Shown: positions 51,877-64,000 of the stretch, one piece after another | Numbering within the stretch: position 1 is the stretch's first letter | Layout: each line of letters opens with the position of its first letter | Assembly (NCBI GenBank): GCA_965649765.1 | Contig: OZ287755.1 | Location: 22,692,001 to 22,756,000 of the forward strand | Source: Bispira polyomma | Lineage: Eukaryota | Direction: 5' to 3' | Length of the DNA stretch: 64,000 nt | The notes under the pieces: generated by a model | Told to the model about the DNA's origin: nothing | Seen by the model: the letters and a program-made list of their open reading frames with translations, nothing else | Database searches by the model: none | Program-made: the position numbers and the translations under genes

Positions 51877-52954
51877 CCTTGACGGATGGGATTTACACTT
51901 CTGCACAAATCATAGCTATGTACTTGGCATATAATTTAGCATGTAAATCAATTGGTATGATAGGTATGGGCTACATGTGTTGTGGACCATGCTGATTCTA
52001 ATGCTCAGCATAATGCGTCATGAAGCTGGTGCTTGTACTCTACCTAGCAAGCTTTTCATATCTGCTAACATATACTGCTACATGCAATCTACACAACACA
52101 GAAATGGTACACATATGACACAAGTCAAAATCAAATTTTGTGGATAGTTTCAGAACAGAGTCATTGATGTACCCTATTCATTAAGCCATGTATATACTAT
52201 ACTAACAGTAGATTAGGTTGCTCTATACCTTATCCTACAAGTCATCACTATGTCTTGCTAGATGTGATTTGCAGTTATGCACACATCACCGCCATCACTA
52301 AAAATATTGATGAAACTTTTTTGGAAAGAAACATATTCTGAATAAAATGTCCGTAATTGGAACCTGTTGATTGAGATTTGATTTGTATTTGATTTGCAGA
52401 GACATTTTGCATGAGAATATAATATCATAGCAGGGATTGTGTCACAGTTCAAATGGACGCTTTGTAATACATTAAATTGGTCTATTATGTACCCATAGTT
52501 ACCGGAGATTGGAGAATGGATAATGGAAAGAAAATTGAATTTGCTATACACAGGAACAACTAGGAGCTAAACTAGTTTCAGTTAAAGTATTACAAAAAGA
52601 AAAGAACTAATACCGGCATTTGGAAGGGCATGGGTGTGTAACACCTTTAATAGTTTCTGGCTATACCATTTTAATATGGTACAATCTAGAAGTGCAGCAA
52701 TGTAGACTTCCCAGTCAATCAGATTGAGTTAAAACTACAGGGATTCAATCAGTTGGCTCATCACAACTCTTCATATAATCAAACGTCACACTATTAAATT
52801 TCCTCATTGTGCATCAGTCAGAACTTACATTTACTCTCAGCTGAATCAAATGGTAGTGACTTTTGAGGTTAATGTCATAAGATAGAGGCTGACCTTGTAC
52901 TGGTGTGAAGGTGGATATGAAATTGAGAAGTAATAAATCAGATGCAGTTTGAGA

Positions 52955-55112
52955 TATTTTTTAATAAATCTTTAGCTACTATGTATTATACAGAAAATTT
53001 TACTTTAAAATTAAAATTTTAAAATGCCAATAAGCAAGTATAAAAAGGAGGGTTTAAAGGACCCAACACATAAAGTAAAAAAAAAAATAAAAAAAGAGTA
53101 AAAATGAACTCATACACATAGCAATATAGTCAATATAACCAATCATAGCTAGAAGTCCTAGGGCAACGACACAATATAGTGTGAATGTTAACTTCACAGT
53201 TTAAAAAAGTATTTTGACCTCTAAGGCCTACAAATATGTACAAGGGAGGGGGTTGGGACATTTTGTTGTTGGTAGCTTGACTTCTGACTTATTAGTCAGC
53301 TTATAATTGAAAGGGCGCGAAAACGCCGAGGAGTGTAAGAAGGTGATAGGCTGTTGATACACAGATGCAGCAATAGGATTTGATTAGCTCTGATAAACAA
53401 TTTGTTTAAAATAGGTGGTACTGTAATGTATAATATTTTCGCGGCTGACTAGCCATGTTACTTTGTGGCAGTGACGAAGAGTCACAATACAATGATAGTT
53501 GTCACGGAAATACTTAATACAACATATCCAATCAACCTGATACCTGATACTCTGCTCGCAGAGATGTTTTTCACTTTATGGCGAGTTCCTTCAAATGTCT
53601 CAGCTATGTTGGTCATAAGAATATCTCCTGATTCCTAAAAACACCAAGGTCGCCAAAACAATTGTTCAAACTATTTTCTTTTACTTTGTTTTGTCGTGAT
53701 ACTATTTAAAACAGGGTTTGGTTAAATAAATTATTCAGCTATTTTTTATTTATTATAATAAGTTACACTAGGAGTTTCTACGGTCTGGGTGAATATTGGG
53801 AAACTTTGATTTGTTTTAATGTTCAACGAAATAAGTCATTTGTTTTAACCTAGAAAATATTGCATCCTGGTCTTTTAGGGAAAATCAATTGTTGAGATTC
53901 ATTTGTTAGAGCCTCACAAGAGCAGAAAGTCTTGGTTAGTAGCTCAGTGAATATTACCGACTATGAGGATTTCAATATTGACTAAAATCAGTATTTCACT
54001 TTTAAATTAGAAACTTTTGCCTTGTGAGTGTTTTTGTCAGGTAACTTGACCTTTTGGACTTACAACAGAACTTATGTGATCAAGATGTGTTTGTAAGTGT
54101 GTTATCCCTATTTTAAGTAGTTAATAGAAACTAACATTAAATTTCCAACGAGACACTACTTCATCAACAGGAGGCAGAGTAAGGGGAAGTACTGGTGATT
54201 TTTGACTTCTATCTCTGTTTCCAAAGATTTTGGCAGGTTTGGTGCTGGGTTCTGATGGCGTTTCTAACTCCAGCAAAGATCTCACTGTCCCCAATAGTTG
54301 CCTATAAGAGGGGTCCTCCTCTTTCTCTGCCACGTGGTCAACCTGGTCAGTCGTCTGATCATCATCCATGGGTGACTCAGATCTCTTCCTTCTACGTCTA
54401 GAAGTATGAAAATCTTCTTCTGATTCATAATTTCTTGCGAAAGTACTGGTTTTTGAGGCTCTGCCTCTACCTTCTACTTTCTCTAGACGTTGAGATAGTT
54501 GACCTAGCTCAGCTAGTATTTGTTAGAGAGGATCATCTTTCTTCATGGAAGGTGGAGATGCCTCATCCAGAAGGCTATCATCTGTGATGGTTGTAGCAGG
54601 AAGCTTGTGAAACTTCAGTCTTCTAGCTTGTAGATGTCTGGACTGGTCTGAAGCCATCTGCATACAAATGAAGCAGTCCTCAGAACTGGAAGAAACACAG
54701 ATATCAGCCCCAAGCCCTTTGTCTCTGCATGTAAGGCAATGACCATGGTGGTCAAAATCGTAGACTTCGTGTCCACACTTCAGGGCAACCCTCTGGCAGG
54801 AGACGGAAGAAATCAGTTCGTTTTCCGCCATACCTCAGTCAAATACTCATAAAAAAATAAAACCCTATCTTGAAAACGGTCAATATGGTAAATTGGCCGA
54901 GGCGAGAAAATGAATCTGAGGCGTGCAAGCACTAACAGAAGTGACAACACTTCCTGCGCATGCGCGGGCCTCTTTGTCGGTTGAGAGTAAAAATTAAGAA
55001 ACAAGAATAGTCTTTATAAAAAAGACTTTTGGTCGAGCAATTATTCAAAATGAATAAAAGCACTTAGTGAGGATAAGGTAAGGATATTTATCGCAATAAA
55101 AAGAGGTATTTT
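52955..55112 (-). mobile_element. Internally deleted DIRS1-like retrotransposon remnant
   Basis: Gag-like ORFs 54523-54831 (CGH..DHHGHCLTC...C...CFIC) and 54121-54369 (SYRQLLGTVRSLL...LPLTLP), GCGCATGCGC motif upstream, weak YR-like remnant (RHKVKNISAS) at about 53550. No RT seen. Boundaries approximate. Confidence 0.6.
54121..54831 (-). pseudogene. DIRS1-like gag fragment with N-terminal Cys/His finger
   Basis: ATG at 54829 (ORF track 54523-54831). Cys/His pattern, then a low-complexity S/R/E linker, then the 54121-54369 block. Broken by stops. Confidence 0.6.
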
Positions 55113-55404
55113 CACATCTGTAACTCCAGCCCAGTGTCCTATTTGCTGGTCCCACAGAGTGTCTGACTACAGACAGACTAAATAGGTCAAACATCAGTCT
55201 CACAAAAATCAAAGGTTTTTCCCAGGTTTATTTCCATTTGCTAGACTTTTCTGTCACGAAAGTTCATTAAAAATCCGCATAGCATCAAACCTTCAGTTTA
55301 ACAAACAGGAAGCTCAGTAATACAAAAATAAATCTGTGATTTCCTTTAAATCTCACATATATTGTTGCATGTATCTAATGTCAGTAATATAGGTGATCTA
55401 TTCA

Positions 55405-56090
55405 TGTGATCAATCATTCCTGTGATCAGCCTTTGTGTCATCGGTCATTTGTGTCATCAGTCATTTGTATCATCAACCATTTGTATCATCCGTCATTTGT
55501 ACCATCAACCTTTTTGCCAACAGTCATTTGTATCATTAGCCATTTTTGTCATGTCATTTGTATCATCAGTCATTCGTTTCATCAGCCATTTGTGTCATCA
55601 GTTATTTGTATCATCAGCCATTTGTATGATCACTTTTTTTGTATCATCAGTCATTCATATGATCAGTTTTTGTATCGTCAGCCATTTGTATTATCAACCA
55701 TTTGTGTCAACAGTAATTTGTATCATCAGCCATTTTTGTTATCAGTCATTTGTATCATCAGTCATTCGTTTTATCAGCCATTTGTGTCATCAGTTATTTG
55801 TATCATCAGCCATTTGTATGATCAGTTATTTGTATCATTAGTCATTTGTATGATCAAGTGTTTGTAACAACAGCCATTTGTATCTTCAACCATTTGTATT
55901 ATCAGTCCTTTGTATCATCAGCCATTTGTATTATCAGCCATTTGTGTCATCAGTAATTTGTGTCATCAGTAATCTGTGTCATTAGTCATTTGTATCATAA
56001 ATCATTTGCATCATCAGTCATTTATATATCATCAGCTATTTGTGCCATCCATTATTTGTATCATCAGCCATTTGTATCATCAACCATTCA
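55405..56090. repeat. Degenerate about 16-bp minisatellite
   Basis: Unit CATCAGYCATTTGTAT, about 40 copies. Confidence 0.92.
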
Positions 56091-56764
56091 GTAATCTTTT
56101 TAGAAGTAGATGGAGCTACAAATTCTGTTTTTTTTCTGATTTTGATAGTTACCTGCACGAAGGCAGTTGTTGTATTTACCATTGTTTGTTTGCTTGTTTG
56201 TCACCTGTCTGTTCGCTTTTTTATCATAAGGACTTTTGAATTAACAACCTGACTTAAGCTAATACTAATGTAAAAATAGTTTTTTTACTGTACTCTTTTG
56301 AGATAAAAAAGCTAACTTTGTGAAAATATAATATATATTGAGGCTAACGCCTACGACAGTAAATGATACTCTTGAGAAGATCATAGTTAATCCTGAATTA
56401 CACTAAAGAGTGATAATTAAACAGTCATGTGTTACCAACATAATCAGGTATATTAAGAACGGTCCTGGTAGAGCGGCATTGCATTGACATTTCTCCACTT
56501 GACAGTGGATGGTTGTCACAACTTGTTTTATTATTTTACACCATTGCTGACTGAAATAAATGTGTCAGTCGTACAACATGGCTTTTTTCCAAAACAATCA
56601 TCTTAAGTTCACAAGTTAACAATAATCACAGCCTGGTGTATTTCACATGCTGTGTCTAAATCCTCTAGAGCTAGATTCCTATCACTATATCATCAATGAC
56701 AGCCCAAATTTACTTACAAATAACTTTTAAGACATATTATGATATTTATCATTGTGGTCTCAAA

Positions 56765-56915
56765 TGACCTCGTGGTTAGTGAGTTAGTCTTTTGATCAGA
56801 CCAGTTCGACTGCAGGTTTATCCCCATAATGGTTATTGTGTGATAACATTCATGGGCAAGATATGAACATGCCATTACCTACTGATGTCAGCCAATTTGC
56901 AATGTATGGGTATCA
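56765..56915 (+). mobile_element. Very old SINE remnant
   Basis: CTCGTGGTTAGTG...GTTCGA...TGGGCAAGATATGAACA resembles the head of the 33776 SINE and the CORE start. Confidence 0.35.
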
Positions 56916-59900
56916 TGAATTATAGTTTATCAATTATGCTATTCTGTAGAAGATGCCTGGTACCAATAAGGAATGATAAAATCTTACATTCCAATACAAT
57001 TACTGCTAAATGTCAGTAAATGTATCAATTGATTAGTTGTGGTTACTGTGTAATTATCAAAACAATCATACACCTCGGGATTACCTAGAATTGGTAATAA
57101 CTAGCATTGATATTATATAAACAGTATATCTCTATTAACTGACTTTCACTTCATTGACAGTGCAGTTTGTGTTTTTACTTATCATTAGAAATAGCAGGTG
57201 TTAAATTGAAGATATTTATGTGTGTAGACAATCACAAAATTTGAGTGAGTACTTATTTAGTAGTACTCTTGCAGTAAATAATAATTTTTTCAATTCAATA
57301 CTGCGCACTTCCAACATCACTGTTATCAAATGCGCTTTGACATTATTACCTCAGCCTAAATAGTATTATTTCTATACTAGATGCCACTGTCTGGTGTTAT
57401 TCTCTGGTTTCTGGCCTTGTTGACCTGTTAACCTCTCCATATAATGGCAAATGCATTTTACCTCATTCATTCTATTGTACAAGAAAACTGCCCCTCTCTG
57501 CTGCCTCCCAACTACCGTGCACATGATCACTGTAGTTTAAATCCCTTTCACCTACTATCCTTGAACCTTGTTTTCGACATCAGGTTGATACAGCTTTGTC
57601 CTTGAAATATATAATTTTACACTGGCTAAGATCTACCAGTACCAGAAACATTTATGGGCAGAATGTTTGATCCCAGCCTGTGGTGCCTAGGTACACAATT
57701 AAATAATTTGTTATAAACCAATTAAGACTGCTACTTTAGTGCTAAAATGTTAGGGTCTCGTGATGATGTGTAGAGTGCATGTAGGCGACAACATTGGGGC
57801 ATTGATAAATAGTGACACTCTCGCTTGTCTACAGCCAATGATTCTGTAGTGGGTGATGCAGGTCTAAGTCTTAGAAAACAGTCCAATCAAAGAAGCTAGT
57901 TATCACTGCCATATTAAGTGGAGAAAATGTCTGGATATCCAAGTGCCAGGTAATTGGTTTGTCCCAGACAGCCTCCTTAGAATTCTGGCCCACCAGGCTG
58001 TCACGAACAACACTTTTATAAAGATGGGAGATCTCCTCACACAACTAATTAAATTACGGGCCTATTTATGAGGATGGTGCCCTAGCTTATGTGCTCCTCA
58101 GCAGGTTTAACTATGTCAGCAGTGTAGATTGACACTCCGACGTCACATGCTCTAAAAGAATATCTCAGTTTGTTTTAAATATGATGGTCATGCGATAAGG
58201 TGGGGTTATTGGTCAGCACAACGCTAGGCACTCGGTGTAATATTTGGTAACTCTTTTTTGTGCTGAAATGTTGAATTCATGACTCCATTAACTAACTATG
58301 AGCATTTCATATTGGTTATTTGTGAATGTAAAACAGTCATTCGTTTTTAGCACTACAACAAAATGAGAATTACTGAGCTTGAAGTAATCTTCTGTATACA
58401 TTAAATATTTTAGTGTGTTAGTGTGTTATATATGTCAGCATCTTATTAAAAGACATAATATATACTAATCAACTTACTTTTAAAAGCTCTAATGGGTTGA
58501 TCAACATTATAGACTATATTAAAATTGTGACAAAGTACTATTTATTGTACCTTAGATAAATGAATGGGGTAAGATGTTATAAGTTCAAGTAAATTTGCAA
58601 TTAATCTGAACCATCACAATGCATAGTCCATCGTGTTAACGGGACATGTTAAAACCTAAAATATGGAAACTTGGATGTCCATAAAATAAGCAAAAGTTAA
58701 AATGAGCTGTGAGTTTATTTTATTGGTAAAACTGTAAACAAGTTACAAAACTATAATAATGTGGGGATTTTCCTAAGAAAACAACACACACAAGGAATGT
58801 AGCTACAGAAAGATTGTAAAGATAACACTTTTAATGATAAATGATAGGTACTGGAAAGTTTGGATGTTTTTCTAAAACTAATTGCCCAGTTTATTGATGA
58901 TTGAGTTCCATTTAATTGTCACAATGTCATGATAGATGCTTCCTTTATTTTGTCTGTTTTTAGTCCGTTCCCGTTTCCCCCTCTGAAAACCTCAGGTGGA
59001 TCCCATAATTCATCTTTGCTCTGCTTTTTCAGTGCTGCTTTTTAACTCGTGTTATTTGTTTATTATTTCATCAGAGTATTTTTCATTTAGCTGTAAAGCC
59101 ATTGCCACTGGCTCTCAAAGTAAAGAATATTAGAGTATGGCCAAGAGAACTCTCCTCTATCTGGGACAATTGGGAAACCAAGAGTTAAGGCTCCAATCCA
59201 CTGCATCTTGTATAAGCCTTATGTATGCTATAAGGTTTATTGTTTGACTATTTAACCGTTACAGGCTGCTAAAATGAAGCCTTAATATATCTACAGAATC
59301 AGTGCAATGTTATCTTGGCCTACTTTGCGAAAGACTTTAAAAAGTATAATAATATTTAGACATACATTGTCATGTCACTGTGGATCCAACAAAGTTGATT
59401 AATAATTAATTAAATAATTAATTAATAATACTTCTATTAACAATCTAACCTTAAATCAACCTATTTTTATTTTAAACTCTAGTATATTTTGTTCATTTTC
59501 CCCGGCACAAAATAGAATGTATGGTCTTCTGCTAAGTTTATATCAGTTTACCCCAAAAAATTAGAACTTGGATGGTCTCGAGAGAATGTGTTAAATGCTC
59601 ATTTGCATATATTTCACCAGATCATGCCCAGGATATGCCCAGTTTATACCCAGGATATGCCCAGTTTTTACTCACAAGTTTATGACCAGATAATTCCCGT
59701 ACCATACCAGATCTAAGCAGTTCATTACATGTTTATGCAACATTTGCACCAGATTACACCAGTCCTGTCTGGGTCACACAATTTCTGAGCAGTTTATTCC
59801 CCGTTTAAGCCTCGACCACATCCTTGGGTCCAGTTTTCTCAGATGTGTTTTTAGAGCCGACCACCCAAGGAAGTTTTTAACGGTTATAGAACACAAAGGT

Positions 59901-60797
59901 GTGAACACCACATTAGTTTGCAACAACTATGTCAGGTACCAAGTAACACCTTAATAGTGTACCCCCCTCCGTCCATGCCACCCCTCCCCTTCTAAACCTA
60001 GACATATTGCTGGCTAAGCTTGTCTGTAATGAGTTCGACTTACAACATGTGTTGACATAACCTGTCAAACAGATAACCAGGGCCTGCTCTTTCTACCACT
60101 CATTTCCCCGGTAGCAGGCTAAAGGATCCGAGGTCATGAAGACGAGGTAAGTAAACACAGAATGCGGTAATTTATTTATTAGACTAAATGTTAGAACCTA
60201 CTATGTACATGGTGACTTAAGGTCACCTCAAATAAAGTTAAAACAAGATACTTAGGATGACTTAAGGTCACCTAAAGTAAAAAAATTTAATTTAGGAATA
60301 ATAAATAAATTTAGCTAAAGGTCACCTTTAATTAATTTAAGTTCGTAATTCCCGAACCAGAAAGATTTCGAAGATAAGGTGACCTTAAATCCAATGGAAA
60401 AAATTTTGAGTAGAAATTAATTTTTAATGTAGCTACTGTACTGTAGCAATACTTGGCGTACCCAAGTGTTTAAGTTGAAACTACAAAAGTATTTAAAGTT
60501 ACCTTAAGTATGTAGCTACTGTACTGTAGCTAAATAATGGGATCATAGCCATTTACAGTATAATAATTTAGACTTCACATAGGCATACTTAATAGAAGAG
60601 CAGACCGAAGTCAGTTTAACAAGGTATAATTACACAATACTGTTAAGCTTAAGCAATAACTTCAGTTTTTATGACAAAGGTAATATGTGAAATGAATGAT
60701 GACTAAAATTACGTAATTGTTTTACATAACCATTAATTATTACAAAAGAGAGGAGTAGATTTAAAGTACAACCAGCCAAACCCCAATGAAGTAGGAG

Positions 60798-61832
60798 CTA
60801 GGAGGTGGAAGGCAATAAGTGATGTCTAAAGGAATCAGCTACCTGATTACCAGCGTCCACAGTATCAGTAACATATCTCCAAACGCAGTCCTACGTCCAG
60901 GTGCCATGTTTTTGAATGTTTTGAATGCTTACATTATGGTTGAAAGCAAAGGTGGCACCTGAACAAAGGAACGCGTGGAAGGTGAGGCCAGAATCTTGCA
61001 GTTTGAGTTTGAGCAATATGTCTTTAAAATGGCGACGCACTCTGGTGTCTGTGAGCGGAATCCAAACATTGTTAACCTTAATTTGGAACAATGGAGAGTT
61101 AGGTCCCGAAGGGGTGAGCCTCATTAAAGCCTTCAGTGAATCCACAGGGCACAACAGTGAGCCAGGTAACCGGGGAACAGTGAGTAATTTAATTTGGTTA
61201 TTACTTTGCATGGTTTTGGACCACTTGATAAGGATAACGGCCTTATCAGGGTGAAAAAGGACATCAGCTCTGGCTAGATGCCTAAGAGGAGAAAATTGTG
61301 AGACAGAGTGAGGAACCAGGTTTGAGAGTCTAAGAAAAGAGAAAAAGCTAAGCAAGTATAATGCTTTAAATACTAAACCCATGTAGGTTGAGTGTGACAA
61401 AGACACAATATTTTGCAAAGTTGCAACATCTATAATTCTCTTGAGTTTGACTTGAAGGGGGGTGGAAAGTGGTACAGCCTTCTGGTAATAGGCTATGCGC
61501 GGGTCACTGAAGGCCTGAATGGGAACATTATGTACTATTAATTCAGCCTTGATGGCAGACAGATAATTTGCCATATGAGCAGATTTGACTACATTAAAGT
61601 GTAAAACTTCTAAAAAACATAATATATGAAACGCAGTCACCTGATGTATAGGCCAATCCATGAAGACCATAAAGGCCAAGTACACCCGAAATATGGCTCT
61701 GTAAGACCTGGCAGTGGACCTGCAGAAGGCCAGGTGGAGCTTTTTAGTAGCATTGTGATACAGTTGTTTTTGCAAAGGAGTCTTATCTGAAATACAGGTT
61801 GGTATAAGGAAGACGAACTTACAATTTGACAT
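60798..61832 (-). pseudogene. Tyrosine recombinase of element 2 (catalytic HxxR lost, premature stop)
   Basis: ORF 60891-61832: FLRLSNL, KWSKT, LCPV, HAFLCSGAT (versus HSFRRSGAT), HGTWT then a stop. The frame continues DCVWRY... to a stop at 60798. Confidence 0.92.
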
Positions 61833-63922
61833 TATATTGTGTTATCTAGTAGTAAATGTTGGTCAGTCACAGGGCACCACTGCACCGCACCTACAAGTGT
61901 ATGTAATTTAGCATGGTTCTGTGTAGAATTTTCCCATCTGGACAGCAAATCTGCAGTCGTGTTGTGGTCACCTAATATATGTATAACTTGTAAGTCAATG
62001 TCATGATGGCTAACCAGCATAAAGATGTTACGTGAGTACAAAGCCAGGATACTATCTTTGGTACGACCATTGGTAAGTACACTAACCACAGCCTGGTTAT
62101 CACATTTTATGAGCACTTTCTGGCCTTGCCAAAGGGGCCCCCACAGTTTTAAGGTGACAAATATGTTCAGCATCTCCAGGGAGGCAATATTAAGGTTCTG
62201 CAATTCATGGCGTAGACTTTATTACCAAAAACCCCCCCATGCCTGTAAGACAGGCATCCAATTCTACAGTGGCTGTAATGGGGTTATGGTGGAAAAAAGA
62301 AACACCATTGAATTTTTTCAGAAAGGTATGAAACCAATTTAAATCTTTCATGAATTCAGTAGAGACTTTGAAAGTTTTTGCCTTATAGTTACTCCTAAGG
62401 AGATGCAACATACGGTTCAAGAAAAATCTTGAAGATTTAACACATTTTAACACGTAGAGAAGGGAACCCAATAAACATTGGAGTTCTCTTTTCGTACAAT
62501 GTTTCTTTCCAGCCCACTTGTCACACAAGGCTTGAATAGTAGTTAATTTTTCCTCAGGAATAGAAGTAGTGAACTTGACCGTATCTATGACTATACCAAG
62601 ACAAGTGACACGCGTGGCAGGAGGGACTAACTTTTTGTCACTCAAGGTGAGACCCAATTCTGCCAGAAGGCTTTGCAATCGCTGGTATGTGGTATATATC
62701 TTAGACGGAACCGAGCAACAAAGGAGATCGTCGATATAGTTGAGGATATGATGACCTTCACCCTTCATGATATATCTGACCCCATCTGAAATTCTCTGGA
62801 ATATGGCCGAGCCGTGCTTGTAGCCAAAAGGGAGGGACCCGCCTACGTAGTACCCATCCCAATATAGCCCCAGTAAATTTAGCTCCTTTGGGTCCATAGG
62901 CACGTGTCTGAATGCACGACTAATGTCTGCTTTAAATATGAGAGAACTTCTACCCATAGCAAATACCTGAGCTGTTATAGTGTCTATAGACGGGTAGGTC
63001 AATAAGAATTGTCTATCCAGGTAGGAATTTGGACACACGGCAGAATTCACGGAGTGGCCTTCAGGCCAGCTTAAGTCAATTATGACACGACGGTTGGAAG
63101 AGCTAGACTTGTCGCGAGTCATAAAAGGGGAAGTATGTAAATTTAAAATTGGTGGCACATCAAAGGGACCAAACATGGCCCCTAATTTACACTCTTCATT
63201 CAGGTAATGCGTGACATGGTCGGGGTACTGGTTAGCAGAGGAATGATTTTTAAGATCAGACTCAAAGTCGCCCCTGGCACTACAATCGAGAGGAAAACCG
63301 AATTTAATAAGCAAGGGGAGCTCCCAATCCCAGTAGTCCCTCAAATAAGCAGCCCACACTGGAGCATTTAGTTGAGAAGCGACAGGGATCTGCAGCCCCC
63401 GGTAGTTAGGGCGGCCGTCCTCCTGCAAACACTTGTGAAGTGCAAAAACATTAGTAAAACTTCGTTTCTGAGCATTATCTGAAAGTTTTTCACCCCAGGA
63501 TGACAGGGGAATAAAACCAAATTTTCCACTGTTTTGCACGTCCCATATTTTAAAAGTATCACACTCTTTAGCATCATTAAGTCTTTTGCGCTTATCAAGT
63601 GAGCGACACATGTCCAGAACATACTGATCGTCAGTTAAATTATTGTTTGTTTTCGTTGGGTTTTTCTTGGGGGCTGACACCTTTGTATTTCTATTAATTG
63701 TTTTCTTTGTTGGCACCCCAGTTCAGAAAAGGGGGCCTCTAGACAATCACCCAAATTAGTGTCACTTCCCCCCTCCCCACAAGGGGTGTCTAGCATTTCA
63801 TACTGATTGGAAAGTGGTAATTGAAAACCTGTGTCAGCACTCGCAGGTTTATTCCCTCCCTTTCTCAACAAAAGCCTGTTGGCATGTTTACACTTAGTCA
63901 TTGGATTAAGAGGGCTGGACAC
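61832..63922 (-). pseudogene. Pol (RT-RNase H) of element 2, frameshifted
   Basis: ORF 62205-63716: YWDWELPLLIKFGFPL, RRVIIDLSWP, KADISRAFRHVP, LPFG, YIDD, ELDAC. RNase H continues in 61832-62203 (IASLEM, KCDNQAVV, NTTADLLSR). Confidence 0.93.
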
Positions 63923-64000
63923 TTGAACTGAGTGATTTTTGAGACCTCGTGTGTACTTGTGTTGAATACCACTGTGGCACGTTTCACGATTAACGCGAGG

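Larger units (their letters stand above)
60101..64000 (-). mobile_element. Tyrosine-recombinase retrotransposon 2 (Ngaro-like), 5' part outside window
   Basis: RT-RNaseH and YR homologous to element 1. The 3' end is placed by similarity of CATTTCCCCGG..AGGCTA (60101) to element 1's CAGTTCCCAGG..AGGCTA (20151). Confidence 0.92.

Overview
AT-rich, repeat-dense eukaryotic (animal; the SINE and repeat types suggest a mollusc-like invertebrate, an inference) genomic window with no intact host gene that I can support. Main content: (1) two related but diverged minus-strand tyrosine-recombinase (YR) retrotransposons with gag-RT/RNaseH-YR organisation and no methyltransferase (Ngaro-like). One is full length (20151-26068, interrupted by a solo LTR); the other is cut by the window edge (about 60101-64000). 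(2) A third, DIRS1-like remnant (about 52955-55112). (3) Two copies of one solo LTR, several tRNA-derived SINEs with target-site duplications (TSDs), L2/CR1 LINE fragments and several MITEs. (4) Many minisatellites, including a 70/140-bp dimeric array. (5) A cluster of tandemly duplicated, decayed coding-like sequences of unknown identity (about 16.5-38 kb). The most interesting signal is the cis-architecture of the Ngaro-like pair. The full-length copy shows no split direct repeats or long ITRs, but has a 5' terminal hairpin, a 4-bp GATA junction core and a textbook -1 frameshift signal at the gag/pol junction. Both copies share a same-phase splice acceptor in front of the YR and a 3' UTR array of TAAGGTNACCTTA palindromes plus a conserved terminal block. 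All alignments were done by eye.
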